Assembly: GCA_051362555.1 (NCBI GenBank) | Contig: CM120644.1 | Location: forward strand, 5,898,954 to 5,962,953 | Direction: 5' to 3' | Origin: Lingula anatina | Taxonomy: Eukaryota; Animalia; Brachiopoda | Length of the DNA: 64,000 bases | Program-made: the position numbers and the translations under genes | Notes under the pieces: generated by a model | What the model was told of the DNA's origin: nothing | Seen by the model: only the letters and a program-made list of their open reading frames with translations | Databases searched by the model: none | Part shown: piece after piece, positions 63,302-64,000 of the stretch | Layout of the letters: each line of letters starts with the position of its first letter | Position numbering within the stretch: the first letter of the stretch is position 1

Positions 63302-64000
63302 CTAATCATACATTTTGTTTTTTATGCCCCCCCCCCCCCTCTTTGGGCTTGTTCATAAAGACTGTGCATACATACATATAGTACCTGTAGCAACTCCACA
63401 GTCGACATTTGAAATAACAAAGACTACTCACAACTAAAACGGCCAATTCGTGAACCGCTTTGGCTCTCATCGTGCTCTATAACGTCGCAGGTAAAGTCAA
63501 ACGTAAACTCAGTGTGAAACAAAATAAAAATAACAGCATCTGAAATCATCTAACTAGTAACGTTCCGGGCTGGCTTATCAAATAAAAAAAGGACGTAACT
63601 TGAATTGATTCAGAAGATTTCCCAGTAGAGCACCACTTCATACCACCTGTAAACTGCGTTTAGCAGAACAAAAGGTATCTTCCCGGTGGAATTATTTACC
63701 TAACACATTTTCTTAATATTGGCATCGTTGCGATTGCTTGAATGGAAAGCGAACCAGCTTATACACATTTGGAGGGTTTTTTTTTTTTATAATTCCTTCT
63801 TCTCATGGGGTTGTTAAAACCTTTCCATTGCGCCCTTTACCGTCATAGGTGAAGCCAAACTAAATCTCAGCATAAAACAAACTCATAGTAAAAACATGCA
63901 ACCTATATAGGAACGCTCTGTGTCGGCTTCTCGTGTACATAGCGAACTTCAACAACGTTGATGATAATACCGTGTTTGCGGACTGGCGATGAGCGGGATG

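Overview
AT-rich, intron-containing animal genomic DNA. It resembles a marine invertebrate, possibly a lophotrochozoan, but the taxon cannot be fixed from sequence alone. The window contains: (1) the last two coding exons of MMADHC/CblD; (2) two tandem minus-strand paralogs encoding short-ectodomain, single-pass membrane proteins whose tails carry four YLDL motifs at ITAM spacing plus three YxN motifs (a LAT/TRAP-like adaptor design, the most interesting signal here); (3) a decayed Tc1 inserted in the last codons of one paralog; (4) a decayed CR1/L2-type LINE with a 2A-like motif and two nested DNA elements; (5) a foldback-type element with satellite-like arms; (6) a small secreted PAN+EGF gene; (7) three tandem type II membrane DUF268 methyltransferase-like genes, one probably pseudogenised; (8) three paralogous secreted proteins built from a CBM14-like Cys domain plus TSP1, each with a different C-terminal module; and (9) many MITEs and microsatellites. 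All exon models and family calls were made by eye from GT-AG sites, reading-frame continuity and remembered motifs. No database searches were run.
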